Shown here: positions 61,471-64,000 of the stretch, piece by piece
Layout: each line of letters starts with the position of its first letter
Numbering within the stretch: the stretch's first letter is position 1
Assembly (NCBI RefSeq): GCF_030028105.1
Contig: NC_092380.1
Location: 27,305,144 to 27,369,143, forward strand
From: Mobula birostris
Lineage: Eukaryota
Reading direction: 5' to 3'
DNA: 64,000 nt
The notes under the pieces: generated by a model
What the model saw: the letters and a program-made list of their open reading frames with translations, nothing else
What the model was told of the DNA's origin: nothing
Database searches by the model: none
Program-made: the position numbers and the translations under genes

Positions 61471-61761
61471 GTAGTGAATCGTGTCCTATGCCATAACATC
61501 TCACTGTAATGCCCAGATATCCCTCTATGCTGGACAGTGCCTCATTGCCTTGATCCCTCTCTAATGTAAAGTGCCTACTGCCCTGATATCTTCTATTCTG
61601 GTTGCTGTTCCATTGCCTAGATATCTGTTCATAATACATTGTCCCTCTGTCCTGCCCTAGATCTTGAGGGGGGATTTGATAGAAGTATACAAACTTGTGA
61701 GGAATATAGATGCAGTGAATGCAAGCAGGCTTTTTCTACTGATGTTGGGTGAGACTAGAAC

Positions 61762-63540
61762 GGTGACAGGACAATTGCATCCTGGACAACTGTCCCGGTC
61801 AAATGTGTCCCAGTCATTGGCGTCCCTGGACATTTGCGTCCTTTTTTTATGTCCCAATATATATATGTCTCATATTAGATTTGTCTCCCAATATATGTAT
61901 ATTTCATAAAAGATATAATTTTACATATGTAATTTTTAAATCAAAAACAGTTTTATTAATTAAAAAAGGGATTGTGACATGCATTCTATTGATTAAAAAA
62001 TTTAATTTATAAGTCCAAACTTAAAAAGTATGCATGTCGTGGGCAACCCCTCGTAAGAAACTTAATTTGTCCTCAGGATTGTTACATGCAATTCATGATT
62101 GAAGGCGCTTATTGATATCCTTATTTCTTGGTTGGACAATTATCTCTCTTTGGTAGTCAGTTTTCTTCTTTGTGGCCATGACTTTCTCTTTCTTCAACGC
62201 ATCAGTTAATTTCCTAACAGAGGGGTGTTGACAAGTAATTGAATTTTCGATAGCATTATGCCACTCCTCTAAACTGTTGTTAGATCTAGGCAAGTCGTTC
62301 ATTGTTCAATCATGAACATGCCAAGATGCAATGGGAAAGGTTGCAGCAATCTTGTGCCCACTTCTACCTCTTGCTTGGCCAATGTATGTAACTTCAAAGT
62401 ATGCGAAGAATTTGGGAGGTAAGTCGTGATCTTCACTCAGATCCAAAAAGCCTGCTACAACATCATTTACTGGAAGGAAAGCTAATGCACAGAAATATCT
62501 AATTTTTAAATTGAATTCTTGATCTTCGTTATACTGTTGTCTTAAACCGAGGTTGCATATTTTCTTAAAGATGGATTGTTGACAAATGGAAAATACACGA
62601 GCTTATTGTTGCATTAGTATATGCTTCTGCTATACTCTTTCTTGCTCCTAGTTTAAAATCCGATTTGGGATTAAGTTGAGGGTGAGTCTGCGACTAAAGA
62701 GTGAATAGGCGGTCATATGCTTCTTTAGTCTTATTGGGTAGAAGAGCAAAAACACGGGGAATACTGAATGTATGGTCTTGGACATCGATACAGTACAATT
62801 GATAATAGATTTGTGGGCACATTTTAAAAGTGCCATTTGCTGCCCAATTCTGAAATTGTGTCAAGTCATCCAAACCATCTTCAGAAGCAAAGATGAGCAT
62901 TCTGTTTTCATCATCTATGCTAGTATCAATTGCAAGAAACCTTTGTCTAGTGGGGAGAATACAATATTCTTCTGGTATTTCGTAATTACGTCTTTGGTTT
63001 GGTATAGGTAGAGCATTTTGTGTTTTCTGTCTCCAACGACGAACATTTCTCCCCATTGCTGAGACAGAGGGCATTTCTGCCATTGAAAATTCATCATGTT
63101 TTGACAAAGTTGTTCCAATGAGATGTCTTGTTGGTTCTTGTGAGGATATCGCTGTTTCTTTCAACTCTAAAATTGATTCTTTTACTCTAATTGCAGCAGC
63201 AGGAGAAGCATGGTTATGCTCATTAATTCATTTTGTTATTACATTGCTCTCGGTATGAACTGCTACTTTGCAAGATCGTACCACACATCTCCAGTAAGTT
63301 TTCGTGCCCACAGCATTTTTCTTATGATAGTGATAGATATAATTTTGGTCATCAGCAAGTATGTTTCCACCTTTGCTTGATTTCAAGCACTGTGACATAT
63401 ATAACACGGGGTTTGTTACCCTGTAATAGTACATATAGTGGGACGCAAATGACCAGGATGCATGAAAAAAAAAGGACGCAAATGTCCATGGATGCTAATG
63501 ACCGGGACACAATCGTCCAGGACACATATACCCTAGTACC
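61762..63540 (-). mobile_element. Mutator/MULE DNA transposon (Phantom-like), 1779 bp, inserted in a CR1 3' fragment
   Basis: 9-bp TSD GACTAGAAC/AACTAGAAC (61753-61761, 63541-63549). GGT...ACC ends. Imperfect terminal and subterminal inverted repeats. Confidence 0.88.
62021..63398 (-). pseudogene. FLYWCH plus MULE transposase pseudogene
   Basis: SSKGGNIL...NYIY...TYWRC...C...HNH (FLYWCH), RMLIFAS...WAANGTFKMCPQIYYQLY...FALLPNKT, ALAFLP, RSNNSLEEWH, FLRGVAH. Several stops and frameshifts, catalytic D replaced by N. Confidence 0.88.
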
Positions 63541-64000
63541 AACTAGAACATTATGGGCTAAGAGTTAGAGGAGAAATGTTTAATGGGAACATGAGGGGGA
63601 ATTCTTCACTCAGAAGATGATGAGATTGTGAAACGAGCTGCCTCTGGAAGTGGTGGATGTGGGTTCAATTTCAACATTTAAGAGAAGTTTGGATGGGAGG
63701 GATATGGAGGGCTATGGTCCGTGTGCAGGTCAATGGACCTAGGCAGATCAATAGTTCGTTGTTGACTAGATGGGCTGAAGGGCCTGTTTTTGTGCTGTAG
63801 TGTTCTATGACTAGGGTATAACAGAGATAGGAGGCTTTGATGTATGTACGGTTGTAAGAAAAAGTTTGTGATACCTTGGCAATTACCTGGTTTTCAGAAT
63901 TAGTTACACAGAATGTGGTTTGATCTTCATCTAAGTCACAATGCACAAACACAATCTGCCTGAACTAATAACGCACATACAGTTATACTCTTCATGCCTT

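Larger units (their letters stand above)
56770..61660 (+). repeat. Ancient degenerate about 36-bp tandem array, interrupted by a solo LTR and a CR1
   Basis: Recurrent unit approximately TACTGGAGAGTGTCCCATTGCCCTGATATCTCTCTA over 56770-58034, 58605-58680 and 61470-61660. Confidence 0.75.

Noticed and set aside
48516-64000. Second exon of the TIF1 gene (expected CPxC)
   Set aside because: No suitable exon was found by eye. It probably lies beyond the window, but a short exon could have been missed.

Overview
Repeat-dense vertebrate genomic DNA. The repeat repertoire (CR1, Rex1/Babar-like LINEs, abundant Penelope pseudo-LTRs, HE1-like SINEs) points to a cartilaginous fish, probably a ray; this is an inference. 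Two host genes lie on the + strand. (1) A five-coding-exon gene (23021-32315) that I assembled by hand from phase-matched splice sites, one of them a GC-AG intron. It encodes an unrecognised 249-aa transmembrane plus coiled-coil protein and is not visible as a unit in the ORF track. (2) The CpG-island first exon (48242-48515) of a TIF1-family RING gene whose RING resembles TRIM28/KAP1 more than TRIM24/33. Mobile elements include a full-length decayed Sushi-type chromoviral Ty3/Gypsy element (14005-19348) with a Tf1-style self-priming site and a -1 frameshift stem, and a compact FLYWCH-MULE (Phantom-like) DNA transposon with a 9-bp TSD (61762-63540). There are also three solo LTRs with 4-bp TSDs, Penelope fragments carrying minimal hammerhead ribozyme motifs (including a 350-bp palindrome with CCAAT, TATA and a hammerhead on each arm), tRNA-SINEs, many LINE fragments and two minisatellites. 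LINE fragment boundaries are approximate.
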